Shown in pieces: positions 1-12,338 of a DNA stretch of 64,000 bases (position 1 is the first letter of the stretch; the number at the start of each line of letters is the position of its first letter). The DNA is from Lama guanicoe. Its lineage: Eukaryota. Made by a program: the position numbers and the translations under genes. The stretch lies in assembly GCA_013239625.1 (NCBI GenBank), contig MU054323.1, positions 4,752,214 to 4,816,213 of the forward strand, in the 5' to 3' direction. The notes under the pieces were generated by a model. It was given only the letters and a program-made list of their open reading frames with translations. It searched no databases and was not told the DNA's origin.

Positions 1-1904
1 TTACCATTTATATACCTCAGTAAAGTGAAAAAAGAAAAAACAAAGAATCTTAGAACCCAGTGAATGTGATGTTCCTTCCCTTATAACCTATAATGGGAGA
101 AGGAGGAAGGACCACCATCCTATCCTGCTCCATGGAATGCAGCTGACTCGGGCTGTGCCTTGGTTTGTTTCAAATGTTATTATTCCTTCTTTCCTTATGA
201 CTTATTAGCATCTCCTCTCTGATGGCTTCTGTTCATCTAAAAGGAAACTTACCCAGCATTTCTGGGGGCTAGCACAGCGCACCAACTCGATCTTTTACCG
301 TGATGCTGATGCATGCTCAACTGGAAAATTAGCCCCATCTCAACTGCTTGTCTTAACAGATCAGTGTGAATGTAAATGAAGGAAATGAGCGAATAGAGAT
401 TTATATTTTTACCAAGGGGAAAAAATGTGCTAAATAAACTGAATCCAGTGTCCTACTTAACCGATCTCAGATGCTGCGCCTGGGTTTACAGAGACAAAGC
501 CCAGCTCTCTGTCTGAGTAGGACTTAAACACAACCTTCTCACTGCCTCATCTCTGTTTTTCATCCCAAACAGATTTGTGGGCTTGGAATGTTTTCCTCAC
601 CCTACTCAGATATTTAATGTTTTTCAGGACTCAGCCTCCAATACTGGCCCTTTGTCCACAAATACTCCTGCAGACAGGTGGCCATTCTGCGCTTGTCTGC
701 CTGGCTTCCCCAGCCTTACAGATTTGATGATCTTTAGTTGTAGTTTCCTATTTCCAGCTCAGTGCAGAGCAGAACACACCTGTAAGTCTTTGCTACAGAA
801 TGAAAGAGGTCACCACCTTGGTCCGCTCAGGGATTTGGTTGCATTGCGAGTCTCCTAGAAGCCCACTGAGTATACCTGTGTCATCGGAATCATTCTATGT
901 GCCACAAAGGAACAGGGAAAAAAAATGTTGATGTTGCCGCTTAGAAGTCACAGCCAAATTCAGGAGCCCTGCAATTGGAGCTTCTATGGGTAAAGCAAAG
1001 ATTAGCAATCTGATGGTTAACCGGAATCTAATGTGATAAATGCTCCCTGGAATAAGTTTGAGACCAATTAGAAATAGTGAAGAATTAAAGTAAGTCAAGT
1101 CCATTGAATTTACTTCAGATCATATGGCTGGCAGCTAAGTGCCTTGTGATAGATTTCTTTTCCCCCGTTAATATAATTAGTGTATCAGTTTCCACTAATC
1201 TCGGTGCCTGGCACAGAGGCGAACAGGTCCTATGGGTGTGAACACCAGGAAATATATTTCAGGTAAAATGAATGGAAGAAAGTTATAACTGTACTCAGTG
1301 GAAAAGACAGTAGATTCAATCCATTCTTCAATTAATAATTCAATATAATTCACAGACACACTTTCCCCATCTAACTCCACCACGCAGTAGTTATTTAGAC
1401 AATGAGGCACAATGAGGTACAAGATTTTTTTAAGTCCAAAATTCTGTGATATTGGTATTCATATTCATAAATAGCATTGCTATTTTGGGGGAAGAATAGA
1501 ATCTCATCCAGTAATAGCTCTTGTCTCTAGAATAAAATGTTTTTAGCTACTCTCTTTGGGCCCCTTAAATCTTCAGAACCATAATTTTGTGATACTTTTG
1601 TCACTGGTGACATTAAGGGCAGAATCACTTCTGAGATTCATCCACGACTCAGTGACCCTTCTGACTGATATCACATATGCAATTAGAGTTTATGGAAATG
1701 TCGTATCATTACGAAGATAGCAAAAAAGAATGCAGCTGCTTTTTATGGAGTATTTACTCTATGCTAATTATTTTATTTTAAATATAATCATCAAGTTAGG
1801 AAAAGAAAGGGACCCTGGAGATCTAAGACGTAAACTCAGATATGGGCTTCAGTAATTGCCCCTAAAATAAACTGTGCTTTAAAGCTTATAGTCATAGTAG
1901 TAAC

Positions 1905-2140
1905 TGCAGTTGTGAGTGTGGGCTTCAGAGACAGAACTGAGTTGAAGTCTAGACTCCATTATTACTTTTCAGTTTTTCACTCTTTCCTACATTTCAGTTT
2001 CCTTATCTGCAAAAGAAGGATGGCAATGATGTGTGCCTCACAGAATTGTCACGTAGATGGCGTAAGCCCTGTGATTCTCACAGAGCCCGATTCAAGCAAA
2101 CGTTAGTTGATCTAGTTAACGGTATTACTTGTTATCATTA
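1905..2140 (+). mobile_element. MIR SINE fragment
   Basis: MIR core-like 'ttcagtttccttatctgcaaaagaaggatggcaatgatgtgtgcctcacagaattgt'; boundaries approximate. Confidence 0.55.
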
Positions 2141-2354
2141 CTATGTACTCACTCATGTATTCATTCTTTAAATATCTTACTGTGTCCTGTGATTTAATAC
2201 TCCTGTGCTGGACACTAGAAGCGGTCAGTGCTACCTTCTCGGGTGGCAACAGTACCATTTTAGTAATGCCAGGATGATTAAGCCCTCCTCAGAATAACAT
2301 ACTTCATTTGAAAAAGTTGAGATCTTTAAAACTCATCATTAACAGTCTATTTCT

Positions 2355-3289
2355 GCACTTCCAATTGGGTAGGCACTAGCCACATGTGGCTATTTAAAAT
2401 GAAGACAATGAAATAAAAATAGGGTGTGGAGAAAAGGGAACCCTCCTGCACTGTTGATTCCCACTGTGTAGTTTGGTGCAGCCATTATGGAAAACAGTAT
2501 GGAGATTCCTCAAAAAACTAAACAGACATAACATATGATCCAGCAATCCCACTCCTGGACATGTACTCAGAGGGAACTCTAATTTGAAAAGACACACACA
2601 CCCCAATGTTTATAGCAGCACTATTTACATTAGCCAAGACATAGAAACAACCTAAATGTCCATATAGAAGATGTGGCGTACACACACACACACACATGCA
2701 ATGGAATACTACCCAGCCATAAAAAGAATAAAATAGTGCCATTTGCAGCAACATGGATGGACATGGAGATTCTCATACTAACTGAAGTAAGCCAGAAAGA
2801 GAAAGAAAAACATCATACCATAAAATATCACTCATATGTGGAATCTGAAAAAAAATTGACATGAATGAACTTATTTACAAAAAAGAAACAGACTCACAGA
2901 CATAAAAAACAAATTTATGGTTACCCAGGGGAGTAGGGGAGGATGAGGGGATAAATTGGGAGTTTGGAATTTGCAGATACTAACATGTATAAAAAAGATA
3001 AACAAGTTTATGCTGTATAGAACAGGAAACTATATTCAATATCTTGTAGTAACCTATAATGAAAAAGAATATGAAAAGTAATATATGTAGGTATACGCAT
3101 GACTGAAGCATTATGCTGTGCACCAGAAATTGATGCCACATTGTAAACAGACAATACTTCAATAAAAAGAAATTAAAAAGAACAAAAGAAGAAAAATGAA
3201 ATAAAAATAAAAGTTAAGTCCTTTGGTCACAGCAGCCACATTTCATATAGAACATCTGCATCCTCACAGGGAGTTGCGTTGGACAGCAA
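2355..3289 (-). mobile_element. MER3-like hAT-Charlie MITE split by an L1 (parts ~2355-2421 and ~3210-3289)
   Basis: 'cactagccacatgtggctatttaaa' left of the L1; 'agccacatttca...tatagaacat...ttggacagc' right of it; colinear with the recalled MER3 consensus. Confidence 0.65.
2422..3194 (+). mobile_element. 5'-truncated L1 (ORF2 C-terminus, 3' UTR, poly-A), relatively young
   Basis: ORF2-end motifs 'tatggagattcctcaaaaaactaaa', 'tatgatccagcaatcccactcctgg', 'catttgcagcaacatggatggac'; AATAAA at 3161; perfect 15-bp TSD aatgaaataaaaata at 2407-2421 and 3195-3209. Confidence 0.92.
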
Positions 3290-3679
3290 TAGATACGTTC
3301 AATTGTTTCCTATCACAGTTTAGGTGACCAAGCAACCATTCATTATTTACACCTTTGAGTCAAAGTATGTTTAGATCCTTTTCTAAGACCCTGTTTGGAT
3401 CTGGAGACTAGGGAAAGGGGACATGAAGGCACTGGGGAAAATCTTCAGGACTTTTCCACTTTAAACATATTCAATTTCTGTGCTACTTGCACACTTGCCG
3501 CTTATAAAATTGTCTGTAGATTTGACACCTCTGGAGGAAGACCCTCTGTGTTTCCAGATCCTACCATTTTAATTAGCACTCTACCGTTTGGCAGAACCCA
3601 AGGATGCTGGTGTGAGCTAACCTCCCTCATGAGGAAACAGTGTCAGCCCGAGAACAAATGCTCTTGAGTCAAGATGCGA

Positions 3680-4900
3680 GATCGGTCTCAGAGAGCGTGG
3701 TGAGAGTGAGATTGTCTGCAATGCTGCCTGCCCTTGTGTTGCTCTTTCCCTCCCCTATCGCAGCCCAGACCTTGGGAGACTCCAGATAGTACGTTTCGGG
3801 AGGTTTAGAACCTGCTGTCACAAATGGACCCAAGTTCCACCACTTGCACACACACACAGCGCTACAAAAACAAACACAAAAATCAAATCAACACTAACAC
3901 CCAAAGAAGCCAGCGACTCTATGTGAACAGATCTTACTTTCCAAATGAAAGCAAAACTCATCACTTCCCAGGTTAGAACAGCTGAGGCCCATCAACCGCG
4001 GAAAACAATTTGTTCGGAGGAGAAGCTGTCAGCGGCTATTACCACGTGGAACGTGAGGGAGCCCGGCGCACTCGGCTCCCTGATCCGGGCAGGCCCGCTC
4101 CCACTTCACTTGACAGCTGTGGACACTGGAATAATACAAAACAGAGCCTAATCAACAGACTGTGAAAAACCTGAAAGCTTAAGACAGATGTTCAACTGCC
4201 ATCGCCACCTTTCATATTTAATCGTATTTACGCGGGGGAAAACGAGTGGTAAGTCAACTCCTTTAAGGAGGCCTACTTGACTATTAACTTAATGACGGGG
4301 TGGGTAAGGAGCCGAGGTCTCCATCAGTCAGTGGTCCTCAGCTGGCCTCCAGATAGGCCCCGCTGGCAGGTGCGCCTCTGTTGAACCAGCCTGTGCTTCA
4401 TACAACAACCTGCATCCTTCCCCCGAGCCTCAGCCGGCTACCTCACTCCAGTTCACTGCTCTTTATGGGCCAGCCTGCCGATGTCAAATCCATATGCAGA
4501 AGTGACGGAATGCAGTTAGCAAACGCCAATCACTGCCAGGCAGAGTGAATCTAAGTACATTGTCTTTTCCATCTACCTTGAAAACAAACAAACGGATTTT
4601 CCTCTTGCTGTTCTGAATCTACAAAGATCTCAAAGAAATCTCAGAAAGAAAAAGAGAAGAAGAAGGTGATGTATCACCTGCTCCAGCGTCTGGTAAGTAT
4701 CAGGAAACGACTTTTTAATAAGTTAACAGGGAGGGGTTCACGCACTTACCTGCCTATAGACAGAAGGCACACACGCCAACTGAGAGACAGGGCAAATCTT
4801 TGCTTTTTGTTAAGGACCCCACAGGGAGTCAAGAGGATTAAGGAAAACTGAAGAATTCCTGCCTGGTCTTCAGTCCATTCAGGAACGAGGTCCCGGTAGA
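3680..4900. promoter_or_regulatory. Repeat-free, locally CpG-enriched segment; candidate promoter or enhancer
   Basis: Many CpGs at ~3995-4100 (ccgcgg, cacgtg, cccggcgcactcggc, tccgggc); CCAAT at ~4526; strong splice donors on both strands. Confidence 0.4.
3938..4125 (-). other. Candidate non-coding or 5'UTR exon (188 nt)
   Basis: Acceptor ttttgtattattccag| and donor GAAA|gtaaga on - strand; stops in all three frames; upstream donor CAG|gtaagtg at 4750/4749. Confidence 0.3.
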
Positions 4901-6242
4901 AATGGATAGAAGATTATTTAGTTATTTATTGTTTGTTTATTTATTTATAAGGAAAGCTGAAAACGTAGGGTTTTATTCAATATCTAATGTTTAAATATTG
5001 GGAATTATTTGTATCTTACCATCGTCACATGGACCCAGGGTGTAGGGGCCAAACGACACCTGTACGTTATGGACCTCTGATTTTGCCAGCTTTGATTTGA
5101 AAGATTTCTGCATCACTCAGTTTTATAAAACACCATTCTCTTGAGAGGTAAAGATGAAAAAGCCTGTTTCTGGGCAGCAACAGTGATCGCTGGGCTCAAT
5201 TTGGGAAGGCTAGTGCTCTGCCCCGGCTCTATTTTTTATAAGATGAGTGACTTTGGGCCAATCACATGAATAGAGGCTCAGTTTCCTCCTATTTGCATTG
5301 GGGTCTCACCTGCCTCGTCTACTTTCTGCTTTTTGAATATCAAATACAAACATATTTTTAAACTGCAAAGGGTCCTATGACAAGAGAATATTATCTGTGG
5401 TTAACTTTTCAACAACTAGTCAACAAATATTACCATTGCTTATTATTTATTCTTCTCCTTTTATCTTTCTGGAGGAAAGGGTAGCTCTTGCGTACTGATA
5501 CATGACATTCAAGTCAGATTGCAAGATTTGAAGTAAAAATAGATGTTCTGACATGAACTTAAGCCATTCTCTTCAGCTCTATGGAGATCATTTTTCTTGT
5601 TTGTAAAATATGATAATGATACTTTCCATCCTTATTTAGAGTAAATTATAAAGCTAAAATGGATTAAAAAGATACGAAGAATTGAACACAGTGAAAGTAT
5701 GAGGTAGCAATTTCAACTTTGGTAATTATTACTACTCTTTTTCTTCCAAAGGTGATTTTTGTCTATGAAAAAGAAAACCAATGCTATCATCATATTATCA
5801 ATGATTAATATGAAAATATTACACATAATGCAATGTGTTACCTATCTATTTTATTACACAAAATTTGTACTGAATAAAATACCTCTAAAGGCCACGTGAG
5901 ACAGACAGGCTTGGCTGACCTTGCTAAAATCTACTGGCCGCCCCTAATTTTTTTTTTTTTTTACCTAGAATGACCCAATTTTACTTGGGTAGCAACATTA
6001 CCAGCCCCAGGCTCAACATTCTCTTTCCCATAGTCCCTGGTAGCATGTGGCCACGTGACAGCTCACACTGTGACAGAACAGCAAAGTCCATGGGTGGTTA
6101 TAGGAAGTGAAGGCTTTGCTTTGTCTATGAAAAGGACAGAGGGACTGAAACTTTCATCCTTCTTATTTCTACCCCAGATACAGGCATCAGGCATGAAGCT
6201 TCCAAAGAGGTGACAAGGACAAGGAAGAGCCAAGGGAGCCCC

Positions 6243-6300
6243 AAATTGGTTATCAGTGACATTGTCCAAAAATTGGTTATCAGTGACATTGTCCAAAAAT
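6243..6300. repeat. Perfect 27-bp tandem duplication (~2.1 copies)
   Basis: aaattggttatcagtgacattgtccaa at 6243-6269 and 6270-6296, followed by aaat. Confidence 0.95.
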
Positions 6301-6336
6301 GAATGCTGGCAGTTGACAAAGTCTGTATTTGTATGG

Positions 6337-6382
6337 TGTGTGTGTGTGTGTGTGTGTGAGAGTGAGAGAGAGAGAAAGAGAG
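6337..6382. repeat. (GT)n/(GA)n compound microsatellite
   Basis: Seen directly. Confidence 0.9.
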
Positions 6383-7093
6383 ATATAACCCCCAACTTGG
6401 TTATATCTCTGTAAATTGGCTTTCTGGTCGCTGCAGCCAAACACATTTACAATTTATGAAAGGAATTAGTATTTTTATTCTTGCTACCCCGCAAACTCAG
6501 ATGAAAACCAGTCGTTCTGATTCCAAACTTGATAGTGTTAAGCCTTATGCTACAAGGCACGAGAGCCCTTGGTTTGAAGATGAAGTGAGAAGCCATTAAT
6601 CTTTCTGGAAACCAATTCTCCCATCTATAAAATAGGGATTAGAACAAATACGTCATTCATTTCTCTAAGGGCCAACAGAAAAGATGCTTTAAAAGTGGTC
6701 TATAAAAACTTTAAAAAAGTCATAGAAATTAGGTCTATACTATTATTAATGCAGACTTAAAACTTCACAGCTTCTGAGGATCATAAAATATGATTTTAGA
6801 ACATTAAGTGGCACATTTCATAAGTGTCCCAGCCAAGAAAAATTACTGATGGCTGAGTATCTTTCATGGTCTCTCAAAGAAGCCAGAGATAACCCAGCAT
6901 CGCTCTATTCTGTCTGGTTCTCCTCAGAAGTTTTTCCAATGGAAGATGGGATTTTTTTTTTTTCACAAATCCAAGGACTGATTAAAATATTACAGTATTG
7001 CCTCTTTAGACTTCCTATGCAGAGAATTTATGAGCTCTTGAGTTTTACGCACTTATTACAGAAGCTACAATTTGGCAGCAGAAGATAAACAGG

Positions 7094-7579
7094 TGTTGGG
7101 CTGCACCCCATGGTCCTGTAAGCCCTGTACCTGCCTGGCCTCAAGATCGAAGGAAGAGCCCAGAGTCAGCGTCAGAGACAGTGATGGTTTAATGGATAGG
7201 GGGGATTTTAAATGTCTGAAGCAAGGTCCTGGAGTGACACCCCACCGTGTGCAGCAGATGGCAGGCAGGACTTGACAGCAGTCTTCATTACCAGGGGGGT
7301 GGGGAGGTTACCAGCTATCGGGGGAACTGATATCAGGTTGGCTCACCAGTTACCAGGGAAACCAGCAGAGGGGCACGCCCCACCCCCAACGGCCCCTTTG
7401 ATGAGCCCTTTTGGTGGAGATGTTCTGATCTAAAGATTAGAACTGTCACTAGCTGGGGCCAAGGTCAAGTATGTAGGAAGGTCAGTCATGTGCGTAGGGT
7501 GTAGGTGGAGCAGGCACTGGTCCAGCAGAGGGTGGACAGAGAGCAAGAGAACAGCCATCGTGAGCGGCCTGACCACAGA
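7094..7579 (-). mobile_element. Solo ERV LTR (~490 bp, probably ERVL class)
   Basis: GC-richer block starting TG at 7094; 5-bp TSD acagg at 7089-7093 and 7580-7584; ATTAAA on - strand at ~7187-7192; the other terminal dinucleotide appears mutated. Confidence 0.75.
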
Positions 7580-7729
7580 ACAGGACCGCAGACTGAATAG
7601 CCAAGTAGTTAAAGTAAAAGTTCTAAGATGGATTCTGATGCTAAAATGTGCGAGGGCCAGTGAGGACAATGGTGTTACATCCCGGCAGGCGGAGCAAAGG
7701 GACAGAAGGGAGGCCTTAGACACTGAGCT

Positions 7730-7945
7730 CTGGGCACGCTCTAATGTTAGCAGCCAAATGAACCAACTGTGCATCCCGCCTCACTTAATCCTCATGAAAA
7801 TGGAGAGGTAGGCATCACCCTCTGGGTTTTACAGATGATGTTCAGAGTGGATTGGTTCTTTGCCCAGAGTTACACAACATTTAAGATATGTTAGAATTCC
7901 AATCTTGGTGGCCTGAGTTCAGCCCACGTCTCAGCCACTAAGGTC
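7730..7945 (-). mobile_element. MIR SINE
   Basis: 'ctcacttaatcctcatgaaaatggagaggtaggcatcacc...ttttacagatga...ttgcccagagttacaca'. Confidence 0.7.
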
Positions 7946-8189
7946 CACTCCTTCCAGTTCCCATGGCTCTGCTGAGATGCGCCAGCGTCGGCCAGGTGCC
8001 CGTCAGGTTGAGGAGATTCTCAGAAAGTACTTCTCCTAAGAGCTCGCAGACGCAGACACACGTGGGGGAACTTGCTCTAGAAACCACTGGAAGGCTGAGA
8101 TTGCTGTAGTGTTTTTAGATGAAGACACCCCACAAATCCGGGCTGAAACGAGTCAAAACAAGCTCATGTGTGAAGGTAATGTAACCATC

Positions 8190-8365
8190 TAAAGTTCAGA
8201 GTCTGCTTTCATAACTGGGTTTGGTTCCAGATCCGGTCCCTTTCTAACCGTGCGACCAGGGGCATTCATTTAGATCTTTTTCGCTTCAGCTTCTTCACTG
8301 TTAAAGAGAGGATGGTATCGACTCTGCCTCAGAGATTTGTCATGAGGGTTAAATAAGATAATTAA
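8190..8365 (+). mobile_element. MIR SINE
   Basis: 'gtgcgaccagggg...cttcagcttcttcactgttaaagagaggatggta...gtcatgagggttaaataagata'. Confidence 0.6.
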
Positions 8366-8669
8366 TTTTAGCTATTATCTTTAAGGGAAACTTCAGACAG
8401 TGAGATCTTCATTGTGATTATTTGGTGTCTAAATGAACTCTAATCCAGAGGGCAATGGGCGCCAAAAAGACAGAAATAAATTAAACTCTAGAAAGCATAC
8501 ATACCTCACCATTGATTTGTCTTTCAGAAATTGTTTCTGAGGAAATATAAATTAAGTTGATTTAAAATTAATGATTGAAGATCTATGGAGAAGTACAGGA
8601 GATCATGTGAACTGAGCTCCCCAGGTGCACATATTTGTATTACAAGTTATAAATTATAATAGACGGTTC

Positions 8670-9440
8670 TCGTGAGTGACTGCTCCAGCCACATCCCCTC
8701 TATGAGAACTGTCGCTGTCCCCTTGTAGTGAAACAAGGCAGTGAGGTCAGAATCCTATGACCCCGTCTCCCTCACCACGGCCAGTTGAACTATTCACCCA
8801 GATTGACCAAACAGATTGTGTCTCCCAGGAATCTGGAATTAAAACCCAGAGAACCTAGTCAATCTCTATCAGACACTTGAACTAGGAAAATGTGCAAGAT
8901 TGGGGCTGGGACAGGCTGGCACAGGCTGAAGCAGAAAAACAGAAGAAAGGTCAGTAGAGAGGGAAGAAAGAGAGATGGCTCTCATGTCTGATGCTGGGTA
9001 GCTGGGGTCAAATCAGGACTCTGTTTTGTATTACTGAACAGTTACGTGACCTTACGTTGACTTCTCCCTACTGTTACCCTTTTCATAGGGTCATTGTGAT
9101 GATTCAATGAGTCAATACATCTAAGGCCTTTGGAAGGGGTTCTGAGACAGGGTCCTCACTCTATAATGTTACATTTCATTAGAAAATCCTCTTCATCCAC
9201 TATCATGTGTCTGTATCCATCTGTGAGGGTGATCTATTATCACCTGTCTGCAAGGGACGGGGACAGACAGGAGGACACCTTGTTCCCTGATGACATTCTG
9301 GTTCCGTGATCCGGTCCCGCACAAGAGGACTTTGTGCTATTGGATTCCCTGAAACATCCCTGTATCCTTCTCATAAATGATCTCTTTCTTCCCCCATTAA
9401 TGATAGTTTAATGTTTTAGCCCTTGTAAACACACAACCTC
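8670..9440 (+). mobile_element. Ancient ERVL LTR (LTR16/LTR33-like) interrupted by a MIR piece (~9010-9170)
   Basis: 'ggattccctgaaacatccctgtatccttctcataaat' and 'cccaggaatctggaatt' resemble the LTR33/LTR16 consensus. Confidence 0.45.
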
Positions 9441-10739
9441 TGAGGAAGAAACATCAGTTTTCACAGCCCTTTGAGAGAGTTTGTACAAACTGTTCTTGAC
9501 ACTTTGGTGAATGGTGCAGTATCATGCACACCCTCGCTCCCTTGCACCTTCCCCTGCTGTAGAGATTGCTACTGGATACGTTCGGAAGTTTTGCAGTGCG
9601 CTATTAGAACAGTAATAATCAAAGGCAGTGCGAGGCGTGAGAGTGATATGAAACTCACAGATCATAAAGATGCCTCCAAATTATTATTATAATCTACATC
9701 TAAAATCATTTCTGTTTCATGGTTCCCTCTGGTAAAAAAATAAAACTCATAATTCAGTTAGGTAGTTTCTGGATGTGGTTGCTATTGAAAGAAACTCAAA
9801 ACGTATTCCCTAAGACCCTCTTACGGGGAAGACTGACATAACCATAAAAAATAAAAATGCTATTAAATAGACTATAAATTTCAAAATGACGCAGGAAGGC
9901 AATAACCAACCAGAGGGTTGAAGGAAATAATAAAAGAAAACAAAGCCTAAACAGGGCCCTGACCCCCTTTCCTCAATAGAGATAATGCCAAACACGAAAG
10001 ATGCTGATCACCCCGGCTTCTGCAGGAAGGCCTTGCTCAGTTAGAGACTTGGGGTTTTCGAAAGGGCTCGATAAAAGGCTACACGGGCAGCCAAACTGCA
10101 GTGCCCATAAATCACTAAAATTTAAATAAAAGCATTCCCAAATAGATATATATTATTTGTTTGTACACACAATAAATCTACTTTGTTAGAACCAGAAGAA
10201 AATCCATGTTTGTGAAATATGCAAACTCTTCCCATAAATCTAAATCAGAGATGATTTCTGGCTCTGAAGCGATGCAGTAATGTGCAAAGCATTGCAAAAT
10301 GAGGTTTTGGTGAAACAAGTAATAAAATCAATTAAGAAAGTTCTGTCTTCACTGTAAAACCTAACTAAGCAAATCAAAAACAAAGTTCTTTGTAAAATCC
10401 TCAGTGATGAGCTGATCATTGCATTTGCAGCAGTATGGCTAAAAGTATTTATTTCACTGGGGGGACTTCTCCACACCACTTAGAAGTAAATCTTGGCCAG
10501 AATTTATGGCCAGTTACACAAACTGAGCTATAATGTAAAGAATGACACTTGCAATATCTTTTCCAAAAAGGCAGGGCAAAATATGCCACAGTGTTAATAT
10601 GTGACAGTCACCAGCCATGCCCACCATTGAACATTAAGCTCCCAGGGTCAGTGGTACCCTAAATGCCAGCCATGGTGGCATTGGGATTCCATGTTCAATT
10701 AAGACAGATACTATATACTTAAGGTTCCCCACCTATCCT

Positions 10740-11150
10740 CTTCTGCCCATGCTTAAGGCACCTTTACTTTGTTCTGACAACAATGTGCCCAAGTCCAGAG
10801 GAACAATCATGCAATCAAGTTTTCTTTTACCAAACTTTTGCTTTCTGGATTCTCCCACAGGTATAGGTGTCTGCATATTCCATTTCTGGGCAACAAGACA
10901 TGAAGTAAAATCTTTGGTGAGGGATGGGGTCTGTTTCTAGGAAAATTTTTCCTTGCAGATAATTTTTCTAACACCATCTGGTTTTAGCTTACAGCTGCAA
11001 AACAGAAGATTCCTGGGACAAAAATGGTATTTGAAGATAACTAAGCAAAAAGGTGGGAAGCCCCTGAGTCCTCTGTGTCATTACTGAGCGTCTGAACCAA
11101 CTTGGAAATGCTACCCCTGGACCACTTACAAATGAGATATTAAATGTTGG
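10740..11150 (+). mobile_element. MaLR LTR fragment (MLT1-like)
   Basis: 'gaagcccctgagtcctctgtgtcattactgagcgtctgaaccaacttggaaatgctacccctggaccactt...atgagatattaaatg'. Confidence 0.5.
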
Positions 11151-11294
11151 CCTTCCTTATGTTGTTATTCCTTTATTTATCATTTAGTTAATCTTTTAAA
11201 TTATCCAGGCAACATCTTTTTCTGTCCTCCTCACAACTGTCATCGTCCTGGGCTCACAGTCAAGTCATGAGACCTGCAGCTTGGTGAGGAACTT

Positions 11295-11490
11295 GAACAT
11301 TTACTGATGCTCACTCTGCATTATCTCATGGATGCTTCACCAAACCCTAGGAGGTAGGTACCGCAATTCTGTAACTCAAAGCACAGAAACGTTGAAAAAC
11401 TTGCCTGAAGTCATAAAACTAGAAAGCAGGGAGGCTGAGTGTTGAATCTGAGGCTGTGTTCAGAATTTGGGCTCCAAAGTCCTTCCTCCT
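11295..11490 (-). mobile_element. MIR SINE
   Basis: 'aacatttactga...accctaggaggtaggtac...aaaaacttgcctgaagtcataaaactagaaag'. Confidence 0.7.
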
Positions 11491-11794
11491 TTCCTTCCTT
11501 AGTTCCATCCATACTTCCATTATTCAAGATCAGGTCTCAGTAAACTTTTGCAAAGGAAAAGGAAGTCTGCATAGAAGAATACTTAGAATAGGGCTTCCAA
11601 TGGTCAGTGAAGCACAGGATGCTTTTCTTCTGGTGTAATTCTGCACGCCATTGAGGTCATTGGGACCATAGCCCTAAGGTCATATCACTAACTCTACATT
11701 ATCACCGCATAAATGAAATGATCAGGCAAAGGCAGTCTTCTGTTTGGGCTGGTGAAATACATGAGATTAAAAAATATTTCAATGAATGAATCAA

Positions 11795-12338
11795 GAAAAT
11801 ATGTTATTCAGCCATGAAAAAGGACAGTGTCATTTGTGACCACCTAGATGAAAGTAGAGGACACTCTGCTAAATGAAATAACCCACATAGGAGAAGACAA
11901 ATACTGCATGCATCACTTACATGTGGAATCTTAAAAAAAAGTTGAACTCATAGAGTAGAAAAGCAGTTGCCAAGGACTGCAGGCGGGTTGGGGGGGGGCG
12001 ATTTGAAATAGAGAGAGGTTGGTAAAAGCGTGCAAACTTTCAGTTGTAAGATGAATGAGGCTGGAGGATCTAATGTATAATATGGTGACTATAGCTGATA
12101 ACACTATAGTGTATAATTGAAACTTGGTAAAAGAGGAGGGTAAATGTTCTCACACACACACACACAAAGATAAATGTGTGAGAGAAACAAAAACCCATCA
12201 TCCTGCCACTTCAGGAACACTGCTATTAAATGCCTGTGCTGTTTTCACAATGTATATGTATATCAAATCACCATGATGTACACTTTAAATATCTTTCAAC
12301 TTTACTGGCAATTAAACTTCAATAAAGCTGTAGAAAAA
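11795..12338 (+). mobile_element. L1 3' end (L1MA9-like)
   Basis: 'caaatactgcatg..tcacttacatgtggaatct', 'aaactttcagttgtaagatgaat', 'gtacactttaaatat...cttcaataaagctg'. Confidence 0.85.

Larger units (their letters stand above)
5895..6450 (+). mobile_element. MaLR LTR (MLT1-like)
   Basis: 'tggccacgtgacag', 'gaaggctttgctttgtctatgaaaaggacag', terminal 'ttctggtcgctgcagccaaacacatt' resemble old MLT1 LTRs. Confidence 0.55.

Noticed and set aside
6243..6300. CRISPR-like direct repeat
   Set aside because: Two adjacent copies with no spacer, in mammalian DNA
7072..7811. Cluster of overlapping ORFs
   Set aside because: Lie in a GC-richer solo LTR and an adjacent MIR; explained by base composition
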